In this document: positions 39,472-49,412 of the stretch, piece after piece
Position numbering within the stretch: the first letter of the stretch is position 1
Layout: each line of letters opens with the position of its first letter
Source of the DNA: a virus
DNA: 64,000 bases
Reading direction: 5' to 3' (one strand)
IMG/VR virus record: IMGVR_UViG_3300011116_000925
Span: 24,486-88,485 of that record
The notes under the pieces: generated by a model
Databases searched by the model: none
The model's input: the letters and a program-made list of their open reading frames with translations, nothing else
Told to the model about the DNA's origin: nothing
Translations under genes and position numbers: made by a program

Positions 39472-40220
39472 TTTCGTATTAACGTAATAAACGCTCCCTT
39501 CAAATCATTTATCCACCACGGAAATATCTTATAACCAGTTCCTAATTTCCATTTATATGGAAATTTGTGATGTTCTGCATGTCGCCATTCTCCAATAAAC
39601 CCCATTAACATATAATTATACAAGTCAACTGGAAGATTATTTTCGTGTGATTTGAAATTAAAAATCTTTCCTGCCAATACTACTAATCCTACTGGAATCA
39701 AAAATCCATACAATGCAATGGTTGGAAATAATATTATCATTAATGTTATTATTGATAAATTAAACAACCAATAATACTTATGTAATATTTGTTGAATTGT
39801 TGATAATGGTATTTTTACTAATAATTTTCGTTCAGATATTGAATATGGTATTATATTTTGATAATTTCCAAAAAACACATCTGACCAACTATGAACCTGA
39901 TGTGGATCCATATAAGAATCCGAAAATTTATGGTGTCGATTATGTACTATTTTCCATTGTAACGAACTTCCATACAACGACATTGTTCCTTCGATTAATA
40001 GCCAAATAATCCAAAAATTTGATATTTGATAAGAATTATGAGCAAAATAAAAATGAAATCCTGCAGAATTAATCATTAGTCTACGAAAATATTCAACCAT
40101 AGATAGAATTAACCAGGACGGATGAATTATTCCTAATGCAATTAAACTGATTCCTATAAATGTAAATAATATTCCAGACCATAAAACAAATAAATGATCT
40201 TGATCTTTATATTGCCACAT
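39468..40220 (-). CDS. membrane fatty-acid-desaturase family protein (divergent)
   Basis: His boxes HFYFAH, HNRHH, HAEHH; TM segments. Confidence 0.8.
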   Translation of the reverse strand: MWQYKDQDHLFVLWSGILFTFIGISLIALGIIHPSWLILSMVEYFRRLMINSAGFHFYFAHNSYQISNFWIIWLLIEGTMSLYGSSLQWKIVHNRHHKFSDSYMDPHQVHSWSDVFFGNYQNIIPYSISERKLLVKIPLSTIQQILHKYYWLFNLSIITLMIILFPTIALYGFLIPVGLVVLAGKIFNFKSHENNLPVDLYNYMLMGFIGEWRHAEHHKFPYKWKLGTGYKIFPWWINDLKGAFITLIRK

Positions 40221-40809
40221 TTATTGGTTCCTTAATATGTACAGCATGAATTCTTGTTTTTGTTGTTATCGAAATTTCCTTTCCTGGTGGAATAACGAAC
40301 AATTTATAATTTTTATTATATAATCCTAATGTTGAAATTTCAACATCACCACATCCAATAAAAAAATATTGGTTCATAGTATGAGCTTCTAAATTAATTG
40401 TCTTTCCTGCATCTTCATAATAATTGGTTCGTTCCCAATATAATGCTTTTTTGGTCCATGGCAATAAACATAGATATTCAGTATCTTCTAAATATACGAA
40501 TGTATAAAATCCTTCTTGAAGTTTTCTAACAGTGGGATATTTTTCTGTCGTAACCAATATATTATCATTATCAGGTGTTATTAAATTATAAGAACCGTTG
40601 ACCAGCAATCCTATAGAATTTCTAGTCTGATTGACATTATTTCTGTTATTTCTATGACCTGGTAAAAGTCCATCATCATTTTTACCAACGGTATCAACAC
40701 CTCTACGAATTATTTGATTACTATGACTATCTCTAATGGTTCCCGCTTTACAATTCCAAATATAAATCATAAATGGCCCAAGTCGAATTCGCGTGTGTTC
40801 ACTGCTCAT
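40207..40809 (-). CDS. cupin-like hypothetical protein, paralog of 41664..42275
   Basis: NSIGLLVNG, EDTEYLCLLP, NQYFFIGCGDV. Confidence 0.6.
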   Translation of the reverse strand: MSSEHTRIRLGPFMIYIWNCKAGTIRDSHSNQIIRRGVDTVGKNDDGLLPGHRNNRNNVNQTRNSIGLLVNGSYNLITPDNDNILVTTEKYPTVRKLQEGFYTFVYLEDTEYLCLLPWTKKALYWERTNYYEDAGKTINLEAHTMNQYFFIGCGDVEISTLGLYNKNYKLFVIPPGKEISITTKTRIHAVHIKEPINVAI

Positions 40810-41677
40810 TTTTTGCTAATCCTAATAAAAACATTAATTTTAAAAAATATGTTCCTGGATCATATCCTTTACCATTAAATTTATATGACCATTTTTTTGG
40901 AAATTTATGATGATTATTATGTGGGCCTTCCCAGAGAAATATTCCGATAATGGTACTGTTGCATGATTTATCAAAAGTTTTATGTGGTCTAATTTTAAAA
41001 GAACTATTCTCTCGATGTGAATACCATAATGAAAATGGTCCTATCCATAACCTAACGGCTGATGGAATTAACCAACAGAATAAAAATATTTCAGTACTGA
41101 TACTTAAACATAAAATAGGAGGAATAACCACTAATAACCAAAAATACTTATGTAATGTATTATGCCAAAAATATTTCATCATATGTCGAATACGAAATAA
41201 TATTCGAGGATTGTTTTTTAATGTGTCAACATATCCCGAAACATCTGCGTATCCATGACCTGCAGAAAATGTACGCCAGCCAGATAATGAAGGAGCATGT
41301 GGATCTCCCTTCTGATCAGAATATTTATGGTGAATTAAATGTACAAATGAAAATCCACTTGGACTTCCTGCCATGGTCCATATTCCACATATTCCATAAA
41401 ATATTTTTAATGGCAATGTTGCTACATAACTTCTGTGTGTCCATAATCTATGGTATCCACAACTTATTCCCATACCTACAGTTATCTGTGATACCATAAA
41501 AGCTATTATCCACCAATACCATGAATATCCAAATAAAATTGCAAATATTATTGCACCTAGTGATATAAATTGCATCATAGAATATGGTACTGGATTAGAT
41601 GCACTAAATATTCTATCTATACGACCAATATTAATGGTTGAACCATATATATTTCCAAAAATATCATTGAGTTGCAT
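40799..41677 (-). CDS. membrane fatty-acid desaturase (delta-9-like family)
   Basis: GYHRLWTH, HLIHHKYSD..GDPH, EGPHNNHH. Confidence 0.88.
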   Translation of the reverse strand: MQLNDIFGNIYGSTINIGRIDRIFSASNPVPYSMMQFISLGAIIFAILFGYSWYWWIIAFMVSQITVGMGISCGYHRLWTHRSYVATLPLKIFYGICGIWTMAGSPSGFSFVHLIHHKYSDQKGDPHAPSLSGWRTFSAGHGYADVSGYVDTLKNNPRILFRIRHMMKYFWHNTLHKYFWLLVVIPPILCLSISTEIFLFCWLIPSAVRLWIGPFSLWYSHRENSSFKIRPHKTFDKSCNSTIIGIFLWEGPHNNHHKFPKKWSYKFNGKGYDPGTYFLKLMFLLGLAKNEQ

Positions 41678-42275
41678 TAAAATCTTCTTGATTTAACCAT
41701 ATTCGTAATACCAAACTATCAGTTATTGCTTTAATATGTCTAGCTCCCGTACCAAATGGTATGGTCATAAACTTATGTCCTATATGTCTCTTTCCATTAA
41801 TTTGTACTTCTCCATGAGCTAGATATATGTATTGATTCAATTTTTCTGTTCCAGGTATCTCAACATAATCCAATGTTCCTGGAATCAAATGAGTCAATTT
41901 CCTTGGCCAAAATCTTGGTCTTCTGTCTCGTGGCAAAATACAATGATATTCAGAATTATCTTCCATAGAATGTAATGAAAAATGATTTACTTCTGTACCT
42001 AATGCGACACTATCTCCACCATCCCCTCTCATTTTTAATGTTGGTTCGTGTCCATCTTTATGAAAATAAAATTGTCCATGGACAAATACAGCAATAGAAT
42101 TTAATGTAACTAATTTATCAACTGGATATGGAAGATTTTCAGCAGTTGCTCTGATAGAAGCCGGCGCCTCCAAATTTCTGTCCATTTCTTTCTTATTAAA
42201 TTCTTTAGTTTCTCCCTTATCTAATACGAATCTCCAAACAAGAAAATGATCAAATGCTGTTTTAAAAATTTTCAT
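41664..42275 (-). CDS. cupin-like hypothetical protein, paralog of 40207..40809
   Basis: NSIAVFVHG, EDNSEYHCILP, NQYIYLAHGEV. Confidence 0.6.
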   Translation of the reverse strand: MKIFKTAFDHFLVWRFVLDKGETKEFNKKEMDRNLEAPASIRATAENLPYPVDKLVTLNSIAVFVHGQFYFHKDGHEPTLKMRGDGGDSVALGTEVNHFSLHSMEDNSEYHCILPRDRRPRFWPRKLTHLIPGTLDYVEIPGTEKLNQYIYLAHGEVQINGKRHIGHKFMTIPFGTGARHIKAITDSLVLRIWLNQEDFNATQ

Positions 42276-42637
42276 ATTATTTCACTTTCCTGAGATTTAA
42301 CCGGATCAGCAAAACCTCTAGTAATCGAAGATGCTATTGGATCTAATATTTCTGTGGTCATAGGAATATATCCAGTTAATCCTATACATTTCTTAACGGC
42401 AAGTTTTACATCTGGATGTTTAGATTGAACTTGCGTAACGAATGATGCGACGGGACAATGTCTTTCAATCTCTTCTCTTATCGTAAATTCATCTTCTCTA
42501 ACTGGAAGATAAAAATGAAGGACAAGATCTAAACATCCAACACAACTAAACCTAATTGTTGCCATGCCATCATCTTTTATATCTTCTACACTATATGTAA
42601 TAATATTGGGTATTTTATTAATTAATTCTTGGTCCAT
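42272..42637 (-). CDS. hypothetical protein, possible fibre assembly chaperone
   Basis: Position directly after the adhesin-like gene. Confidence 0.45.
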   Translation of the reverse strand: MDQELINKIPNIITYSVEDIKDDGMATIRFSCVGCLDLVLHFYLPVREDEFTIREEIERHCPVASFVTQVQSKHPDVKLAVKKCIGLTGYIPMTTEILDPIASSITRGFADPVKSQESEII

Positions 42638-43307
42638 TTCTCGTTCCTGCTGTTGACCATGTTATATAACTATCTCCATCTGAACAATTACCTGCCGCCC
42701 CACCTGCGCCTCCTGATGTAAAACCAGTCTGTCCATTACATAATCCATAATTATTCACAGGGCCGGCTGATCCCGCCGTTCCTGTACCATCTGTTCCGGC
42801 TGATCCCGCCGTTCCTGTGGCTTGATAATAACCTTCAGTACAACCTATAACTTGACCTTTTCCATTTAAGATATTTAAGGGAGCATAATAACCACCTTGA
42901 CCACCATTTCCTCCCTTACCACCACCAATAGTTCCATTATTAATTATCGTCACAGCATATCTTGCATAAAAAGTGGTCCCAACCGCTCCACCCGGACTTC
43001 CACCTCCCAATCCAGTTCCACCTGCACCACCAGTTCCTCCTTTTCCATATATTGTCTTAGAAGCATTTACCGTTACTAATAATGTTGATCCATTTGGAAA
43101 TGTTCCACCTGCTTGGAATGCTGGTGTTCCAGAACTAGTCGAAGTTATTGCAGCATCAACCGTAATATTAGCTATTAATGGAGTTATGGTATTCCATCCA
43201 GCGGTAACTGCTGCTGAATATATATTATAATTTGATGTTGGTGATGAAATTGTGATTGTAAAATTAAATGTTGGCCGTATTAATCGTAATATATGTCTAG
43301 GGATCAC
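42618..43307 (-). CDS. glycine-rich tail-fibre tip adhesin (T-even gp38-like)
   Basis: IYGKGGTGGAGG, IINNGTIGGGKGG and GGAGGAAG glycine-rich motifs; follows the fibre gene. Confidence 0.65.
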   Translation of the reverse strand: MIPRHILRLIRPTFNFTITISSPTSNYNIYSAAVTAGWNTITPLIANITVDAAITSTSSGTPAFQAGGTFPNGSTLLVTVNASKTIYGKGGTGGAGGTGLGGGSPGGAVGTTFYARYAVTIINNGTIGGGKGGNGGQGGYYAPLNILNGKGQVIGCTEGYYQATGTAGSAGTDGTGTAGSAGPVNNYGLCNGQTGFTSGGAGGAAGNCSDGDSYITWSTAGTRNGPRIN

Positions 43308-45031
43308 GTTGTTAGATCTCCACCAACGGAATATGTATTAGATGACAAATAAAGTATTCCGGCCTGTGCATATTGTCCAGATAATTTTAATCCATTTCTA
43401 TTTCTTAATGTTGTACTAGAAGCAGTAATCGTTACTTGTCCTGCTCCTAATTGAATTATTGCACATGAAAATCCAGTTGTTAATCCAGTAGGAACAGTTA
43501 AAGTACTCGCACTGGCATTGTTCATGGTTACGATTTTACCATTGTCTGAAGATAATAAGGTATAACTGGTTCCAGTTTGATTATTTAATGAACTAGAACT
43601 ACTCAAGTATGCATTTGCTGAAATACTCGTTGCAGTCGCATCACCTAATGCTGGAGCCGTTCCAAAACTTGTCAATGATGATGCTGTTATTCCAGATGCT
43701 AAAGTTGCACCAGTTAAAGTTCCTGCGGGAGCCACTACTGCCGCAGTCGTTATACCAGTAACCAATCCTTTGTTGGTAAATGTAATAACTGGTATTGCAG
43801 TAGATGATCCTGTGGTTGCCCCAGTTGCCACTGTTGCCAGAGTCGTTGCCACAGAACCAACAGAAGTTGTTATATCTCCAGTTAGAGCTGGCATTCTACC
43901 TGCAGGTATGGTACCCGTTGTTAATCCAGACGCATCAGTAATGATTGATCCAGTGTAACCAGTAACACCAATACTTCCTGTATATCCAGTTGTTCCAAGT
44001 GAACCAGTGTATCCGGTTATTCCTTGACTACCTGTGTAACCAATGATTCCTTGACTACCAGTATAACCAATACTTCCTAATGACCCAGTATATCCTGTCG
44101 AACCTATGCTTCCTGTATATCCAAGTGATCCAGTATATCCAATCGTTCCAAGTGACCCAGTATATCCAACCGCTCCATCGGCTCCAGGAGCTCCCGAAGA
44201 TCCTTGACTACCAGTATATCCTATGCCAATACTTCCTGTATATCCAGTTGTTCCAAGTGAACCAGTGTATCCGGTTATTCCTTGACTACCAGTATATCCT
44301 ATGCCTATTGATCCAGTATAACCCAATGAACCTATTGATCCATCATAACCAGTATCACCTCTACTACCAGTATATCCTATTGAACCAGTATATCCAGTTG
44401 TTCCAAGTGAACCAGTGTATCCGGTTATTCCTTGACTACCAGTATATCCTATTGAACCAGTGTATCCAATACTTCCAGTATAACCAAGATCTCCAACATC
44501 ACCTTGACTTCCAGTGTAGCCAATGACACCAATACTTCCTGTATATCCAGTTGTTCCAAGTGAACCAGTGTATCCGGTTATTCCTTGACTACCTGTGTAA
44601 CCAATACTACCAGTATATCCAAGACCACCGATACTTCCTGTATATCCAGCAACTACGGCAGCCCAATATAAATTACCACTTCCATCATTTGTTAGAACTG
44701 TTCCTGGTGATCCGGCTGCATCTGGAAGAACGAATGTCAAATTTGAGGCCATCGTTGATGGACCTTCTAATGATACATAATATGAATTGTCACCAGCAAA
44801 ATATTTTGTTGGTGCTCCAGATTTTAAATTTATTTCACCATCAATCTCTAATAACTGACTAACCTTTACATCACCATCTATGTCTAATTCAACAGATGGA
44901 GTAGAAGTTTGAATACCAATTCTACCATTGGTAACATCTACATATAAAAGTTGAGTCTCAATGCTTAAATCAACACCTAATCTAGCTAGATTAGCTGAAA
45001 GCATAGGACCCGTAATACGACCTAAAGCCAT
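43304..45031 (-). CDS. tail fibre protein with collagen-like GYTGS repeats
   Basis: MALGRITGP N-terminus, (GYTGSxG)n tract, TGTSYTL C-terminal domain. Confidence 0.8.
   Translation of the reverse strand: MALGRITGPMLSANLARLGVDLSIETQLLYVDVTNGRIGIQTSTPSVELDIDGDVKVSQLLEIDGEINLKSGAPTKYFAGDNSYYVSLEGPSTMASNLTFVLPDAAGSPGTVLTNDGSGNLYWAAVVAGYTGSIGGLGYTGSIGYTGSQGITGYTGSLGTTGYTGSIGVIGYTGSQGDVGDLGYTGSIGYTGSIGYTGSQGITGYTGSLGTTGYTGSIGYTGSRGDTGYDGSIGSLGYTGSIGIGYTGSQGITGYTGSLGTTGYTGSIGIGYTGSQGSSGAPGADGAVGYTGSLGTIGYTGSLGYTGSIGSTGYTGSLGSIGYTGSQGIIGYTGSQGITGYTGSLGTTGYTGSIGVTGYTGSIITDASGLTTGTIPAGRMPALTGDITTSVGSVATTLATVATGATTGSSTAIPVITFTNKGLVTGITTAAVVAPAGTLTGATLASGITASSLTSFGTAPALGDATATSISANAYLSSSSSLNNQTGTSYTLLSSDNGKIVTMNNASASTLTVPTGLTTGFSCAIIQLGAGQVTITASSTTLRNRNGLKLSGQYAQAGILYLSSNTYSVGGDLTT
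43941..44648 (-). repeat. GYTGS coding repeat tract with about 50-nt near-exact direct repeats
   Basis: tatccagttgttccaagtgaaccagtgtatccggttattccttgactacc at about 43983, 44240, 44391 and 44544. Confidence 0.9.
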
Positions 45032-45104
45032 TACGATCCTTATCATTCACCCGATACTATGGTGGGTGAGCCTCCGTCTGGTCACATCAATTAATGTGAT
45101 AACG

Positions 45105-45112
45105 TATTTATA
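45105..45112 (-). promoter_or_regulatory. T4-type late promoter for the fibre operon
   Basis: TATAAATA. Confidence 0.6.
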
Positions 45113-45113
45113 A

Positions 45114-45848
45114 TCATTTACATGATAATAAACTGATAAGATCTGGTCGATTATTATGACATGCTATTACATCTGGTCCGTCAAAATTTTCATCAAATAA
45201 ATTATATTCTTTGAATTCAACACCTCCTGGCCTTAATTTGCCAATAATAAATCCCAATGGCCGCAACATTTCATAATAATCTATAAGTAAAAAACGTTCT
45301 AATATACATGTACGATCATATTCAAATTGAATCACAGAAATTTTATTTTCTAATAATGTATTCTTGAACCCTTTGATAACCTTATGTCCTATGCCCTCGA
45401 CATCAATTTTTAAATAATCAATATGTTCTATTTTATTTTCTAAAACATATATATCACCCGTTCGAGCAAAACCTAAGATAGATTCATGATTATCTATTCG
45501 TAAATTAGATAATCCAGTAGATATTCTATCATTATAATTTGCATATTTTATAGAAATTATTTCTTCCTTATCACTGAGTCCATATCCATTAGGATATACC
45601 ATAGTATCATATTTTACATTATGATAATATTTTTGGAATGTTGATCCTATAATTTCAAATGCATGAATTTCTGCGCCTGGGCAATTACGACGAATCATTT
45701 TCGTCCATTCACCAACATTACAACCTACATCAAACACAACTGTTGGTGAATTACATTTCAACTGATTCCATAACCATGTTTCTCCATGAATATTGAATTC
45801 ATTATTTTGACCACCATTAAGATAATCAGAATCCCAATTTAATTTCAT
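45114..45848 (-). CDS. FkbM-family methyltransferase
   Basis: VFDVGCNVG, HAFE, YLKIDVEG, IQFEY. Confidence 0.88.
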   Translation of the reverse strand: MKLNWDSDYLNGGQNNEFNIHGETWLWNQLKCNSPTVVFDVGCNVGEWTKMIRRNCPGAEIHAFEIIGSTFQKYYHNVKYDTMVYPNGYGLSDKEEIISIKYANYNDRISTGLSNLRIDNHESILGFARTGDIYVLENKIEHIDYLKIDVEGIGHKVIKGFKNTLLENKISVIQFEYDRTCILERFLLIDYYEMLRPLGFIIGKLRPGGVEFKEYNLFDENFDGPDVIACHNNRPDLISLLSCK

Positions 45849-48562
45849 TATATTTTATATTTTGTGGTACCTATATGCGAACATTGAATAGATGTATCTG
45901 CAAAAATTTTAATACCTTTATTTTTTGCCTTTCTACAGAAATCAACATCTTCACTTATCGTATATTGAAAATCCAATGTATTATGATATTCAAATTGTGG
46001 ATATCCAATTAATTGTAATACTGAGCTTTTAATTAATACACAACCAAATCCACATCCATCAATTTCTATAATTCTTGGATCTCGAATTTCAGATATATCT
46101 AAATTGCTTTGACCACCCCGATTATTGTTTTTATATAATTCTGGAATTTTAACATGTTCCTTACGTTGCAAATAAACACCAGATATAATATCAAAATCTT
46201 CATTTAACATTTTTACTAAAGTATTTGATGGAAGAACTATATCTGAATCAACACTAAACAAATAATCAAAATTATTTTCTTGAGTATAATGTGCTATTAA
46301 ATTTCTAATTTGATCAATTCTATAACCATAAAAATATTGGAATTCTAATTTATAACCATCTGGAATAATTAGATCAAAAATACTTTTAAATGTTTCAACT
46401 TCTACATTTTTTGCTGTTGGTATCGCTAATAATATCTTCTTGTTTTTTGTAATATGTGTTTCTTTAGCTAAATCATATGACGGTTTATATATATCTTCTG
46501 TAGTGATTAGATTCAATCTATTTGAAATTTCATTGGCCGTTTTGGTTTGTTCCTGTTGATTTATTTTAAAATCATTATTTGGATTTATATCATTATAACA
46601 ATAATGGATTTCTTGAATAGCTCTTATCTTTGATGGATCTGCCTTTTCAATAATATTATAAAATACTGCATTATCACCTCCAGCTTTATACCAATTTCCT
46701 GTTGAATCTTGAAAATCTTCATCTTTTATATCATCTAATAAATTAGATTTAAAGGTACGAAGATGTGTATATGGTATCCCCCAATTGAATCTATATTTTC
46801 TATATGTTTTATTTTCTCTAACATTCCTAGGATAAATCTGTGCTATCAATGGAATGTTATCAACCATACTCCAACAGCTACCATAAGTAAATTCAACTGT
46901 TCCGTCATACAATTCATTGTACCATTTAAATATATCATTTTTTGCAACTAATTTATCATCACCATCAATTACAAATATTATAGATGATGTTTCTTTTTTA
47001 AATTGACGTATTGTATTAATAGTATTAAATACAGCACCTTTATTACCATCATTATTAATGATATGAAATTTATTTCTTAAATTTCCATCCAGTGAATTAA
47101 GAAATTCTATTAATAATACTAAACTATTATCCGTACTTGCATCATTAATCAAATAATGATCAAAATTCATATATGATTGTGAAGCTACGCTTTTAACGCA
47201 ATCTACAATATAAGATTCAGCATTATAAAATGGACTTATAATCATAATATGTTGTTCCTCAGACATAGGCATTAATTGCATCTCTTCGGGATTTATATTT
47301 TTTCGTTTGAAAATTCTATGAATTTTAGAATTAATCATAGATACTTCTTTAAATTCAGAAGAATTTAAATTTAAATTTAACAAAGAATAAAAATGTTGTT
47401 TCCATTGCAAAGCTATGGTATTCCAACCAGAAATATCTTTAAAAATATTACAATAATTTTGTTTTTGTTGTAAAAGATATTTGTCTGAATGCGCTCTAAA
47501 TACTAAATCTACAAATTTATCAATTTGATTTGAAGTATCAATATTTGGATATAAACTATTTGGTTCTATTGGATAATCCATAAGATAAGAGCTTAATTCT
47601 GTGGCTATTTCTTCTAATGCACCAAACCTCGAAGTAATCAATGGAGTATTATAATTCAATGCCTCTAAACTACTAATTCCAAATGTTTCTGGAAATACAG
47701 GTGGATATATCATGAAACTTGCCCTTGCACAGATTCCCGCAATATCTTTTTGACTTATTATACCAGTAAATTCCACATCTAGTTTATTATTATATAAATT
47801 GACAAGATCGTTCCAGATTTTTTCTTGATCATCAGGCGGCATATCTTTTCTAAATCTATAATAACCTCCAATTATTTTTAATTTAGCGTTTGGAATTTTG
47901 TTTTTTATCTTTGGCCAAATTCCCTTAATTAATGGTAACATTCCTTTTGTCACACTAGCATTATAGATGAATAAATCTGGATCCTTACTTCCAATATTAA
48001 CCTCATCAATCCATCGATGTACACCATTCCTTGTTTGCCATATTTTTCGCTTTAATACCTCGAACATTCGTCGAGAACCACCATGATTACAATTTAAGAT
48101 ATAACTCGTATGAAAATCACTCAATGTAAATATTTCATCAATATCTCCATTGACAACAAGGTCTTCTAACAAATGATCTCCGACACAAAAAGTATCGTGC
48201 ATCCATACTATTTTATATTTGGCATTTTTTTTAATTTTTTCAAAATTGTATAATAAATTTGAAAATCCAGAGTAATGTTCTGCCCTAATAAATGGTACAA
48301 CAGTTCTGCTTGAAATAACGATATCAAAATTACAGTCATGATTTTTTATTCTATTCAAACCAAGATATTTGACACCATCATATATCCCTTCTTTTGAATT
48401 ATCATATATACAATTATTAAAAACAGTTACATCAAATCCTAATTTTACGAGTTCAGAACTCATCAAAATTATAGCACTCTCACTTCCACCTAATCCAGAT
48501 TTTTCAAGCGTGCTACCATCAAATGGTAAACCTATCACGTCTATAATAGCAATACTAATCAT
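45848..48562 (-). CDS. three-domain glycosyltransferase (GT4-like + GT2 + GT-A-like)
   Basis: GLGGSE...ETFGISSLEAL; PFYNAE...INDASTD...DGDD; VDSDI...GFGCVLI...EDVDFC. Confidence 0.88.
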   Translation of the reverse strand: MISIAIIDVIGLPFDGSTLEKSGLGGSESAIILMSSELVKLGFDVTVFNNCIYDNSKEGIYDGVKYLGLNRIKNHDCNFDIVISSRTVVPFIRAEHYSGFSNLLYNFEKIKKNAKYKIVWMHDTFCVGDHLLEDLVVNGDIDEIFTLSDFHTSYILNCNHGGSRRMFEVLKRKIWQTRNGVHRWIDEVNIGSKDPDLFIYNASVTKGMLPLIKGIWPKIKNKIPNAKLKIIGGYYRFRKDMPPDDQEKIWNDLVNLYNNKLDVEFTGIISQKDIAGICARASFMIYPPVFPETFGISSLEALNYNTPLITSRFGALEEIATELSSYLMDYPIEPNSLYPNIDTSNQIDKFVDLVFRAHSDKYLLQQKQNYCNIFKDISGWNTIALQWKQHFYSLLNLNLNSSEFKEVSMINSKIHRIFKRKNINPEEMQLMPMSEEQHIMIISPFYNAESYIVDCVKSVASQSYMNFDHYLINDASTDNSLVLLIEFLNSLDGNLRNKFHIINNDGNKGAVFNTINTIRQFKKETSSIIFVIDGDDKLVAKNDIFKWYNELYDGTVEFTYGSCWSMVDNIPLIAQIYPRNVRENKTYRKYRFNWGIPYTHLRTFKSNLLDDIKDEDFQDSTGNWYKAGGDNAVFYNIIEKADPSKIRAIQEIHYCYNDINPNNDFKINQQEQTKTANEISNRLNLITTEDIYKPSYDLAKETHITKNKKILLAIPTAKNVEVETFKSIFDLIIPDGYKLEFQYFYGYRIDQIRNLIAHYTQENNFDYLFSVDSDIVLPSNTLVKMLNEDFDIISGVYLQRKEHVKIPELYKNNNRGGQSNLDISEIRDPRIIEIDGCGFGCVLIKSSVLQLIGYPQFEYHNTLDFQYTISEDVDFCRKAKNKGIKIFADTSIQCSHIGTTKYKI

Positions 48563-48598
48563 TATATCATTATATATTATAGATATATTGGTTGTATA

Positions 48599-49090
48599 TT
48601 AAATTTTGTCAAATCCCTGTAATATTACTACTGATAATCCAAACGGTGGAGGACTACCAAAGTTAATATGATCTAAGGTTCCACTGCCACCACCTGAACT
48701 ATTAACCAATGAATAATTTGTTGATCCTGATTGAAATACACCCTGAACAAATACCAATATATTATCATCAGATATTGGAACTGTAGATAAGGCACCAAAT
48801 TTAGTTTCTATTCCATCTCCAGTAAAGGTATCTTTCACTATGGTTTGATTTTGTTGATATGATATACTTCGCCAATCTACACCATCATAATATTCTATGA
48901 AACTAGTTGTAGTATTAAATCTGATGTCACCGATACCTGGATTGATTTGATTACCAGTGGATCCTTTAGGTAATCTCAAGCTACCAGTTATGGTATCATT
49001 ATTAATAAGAATATTTTGTGAACTATCACCCACAGTAAAAGAATATGTACCTTTAACAAAAAAAGAATTCCCGGTCTTTATTGACCTCAT
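48599..49090 (-). CDS. virion structural protein
   Basis: GDIRFNTT...EYYDG..W and FTGDG motifs typical of fibre/baseplate proteins. Confidence 0.6.
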   Translation of the reverse strand: MRSIKTGNSFFVKGTYSFTVGDSSQNILINNDTITGSLRLPKGSTGNQINPGIGDIRFNTTTSFIEYYDGVDWRSISYQQNQTIVKDTFTGDGIETKFGALSTVPISDDNILVFVQGVFQSGSTNYSLVNSSGGGSGTLDHINFGSPPPFGLSVVILQGFDKI

Positions 49091-49091
49091 T

Positions 49092-49400
49092 TTATACTCC
49101 CATATATGTTAAGGTTGCTGTAATTGCAAGATCAGTATCACTAAGCGCTCGTACTGAATCATCATTTGATAATAATAACCTAGTTGTATCAAAGATATAT
49201 GTATCACGAGCAGGAATGGTTAACAATTTAATTATGGTAGAAGTGTCATCAACTGAACCTCCATCAGGAACAACATAAACCGTTAATGTTACAGGACTAT
49301 TGATAGTATTGCAAAATATAATACTGGTTACTATTGTATTATTAGAACTTGTATATATCGTAGTCGTTGAATTTTCGATTTGAGTTTGTGCTATTGACAT
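49092..49400 (-). CDS. small beta-rich structural protein
   Basis: TTIYT...SIIFCN pattern; structural context. Confidence 0.55.
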   Translation of the reverse strand: MSIAQTQIENSTTTIYTSSNNTIVTSIIFCNTINSPVTLTVYVVPDGGSVDDTSTIIKLLTIPARDTYIFDTTRLLLSNDDSVRALSDTDLAITATLTYMGV

Positions 49401-49412
49401 AATTATTTCCTA

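Noticed and set aside
43941-44862. Repeats as a CRISPR array, and repetitive Q/Y/I-rich plus-strand ORFs
   Set aside because: Repeats are in-frame GYTGS codons without unique spacers; the ORFs are antisense shadows
42618-45031. Diversity-generating retroelement or invertase switching of the fibre
   Set aside because: No reverse transcriptase, recombinase or template/variable repeat pair seen in the window
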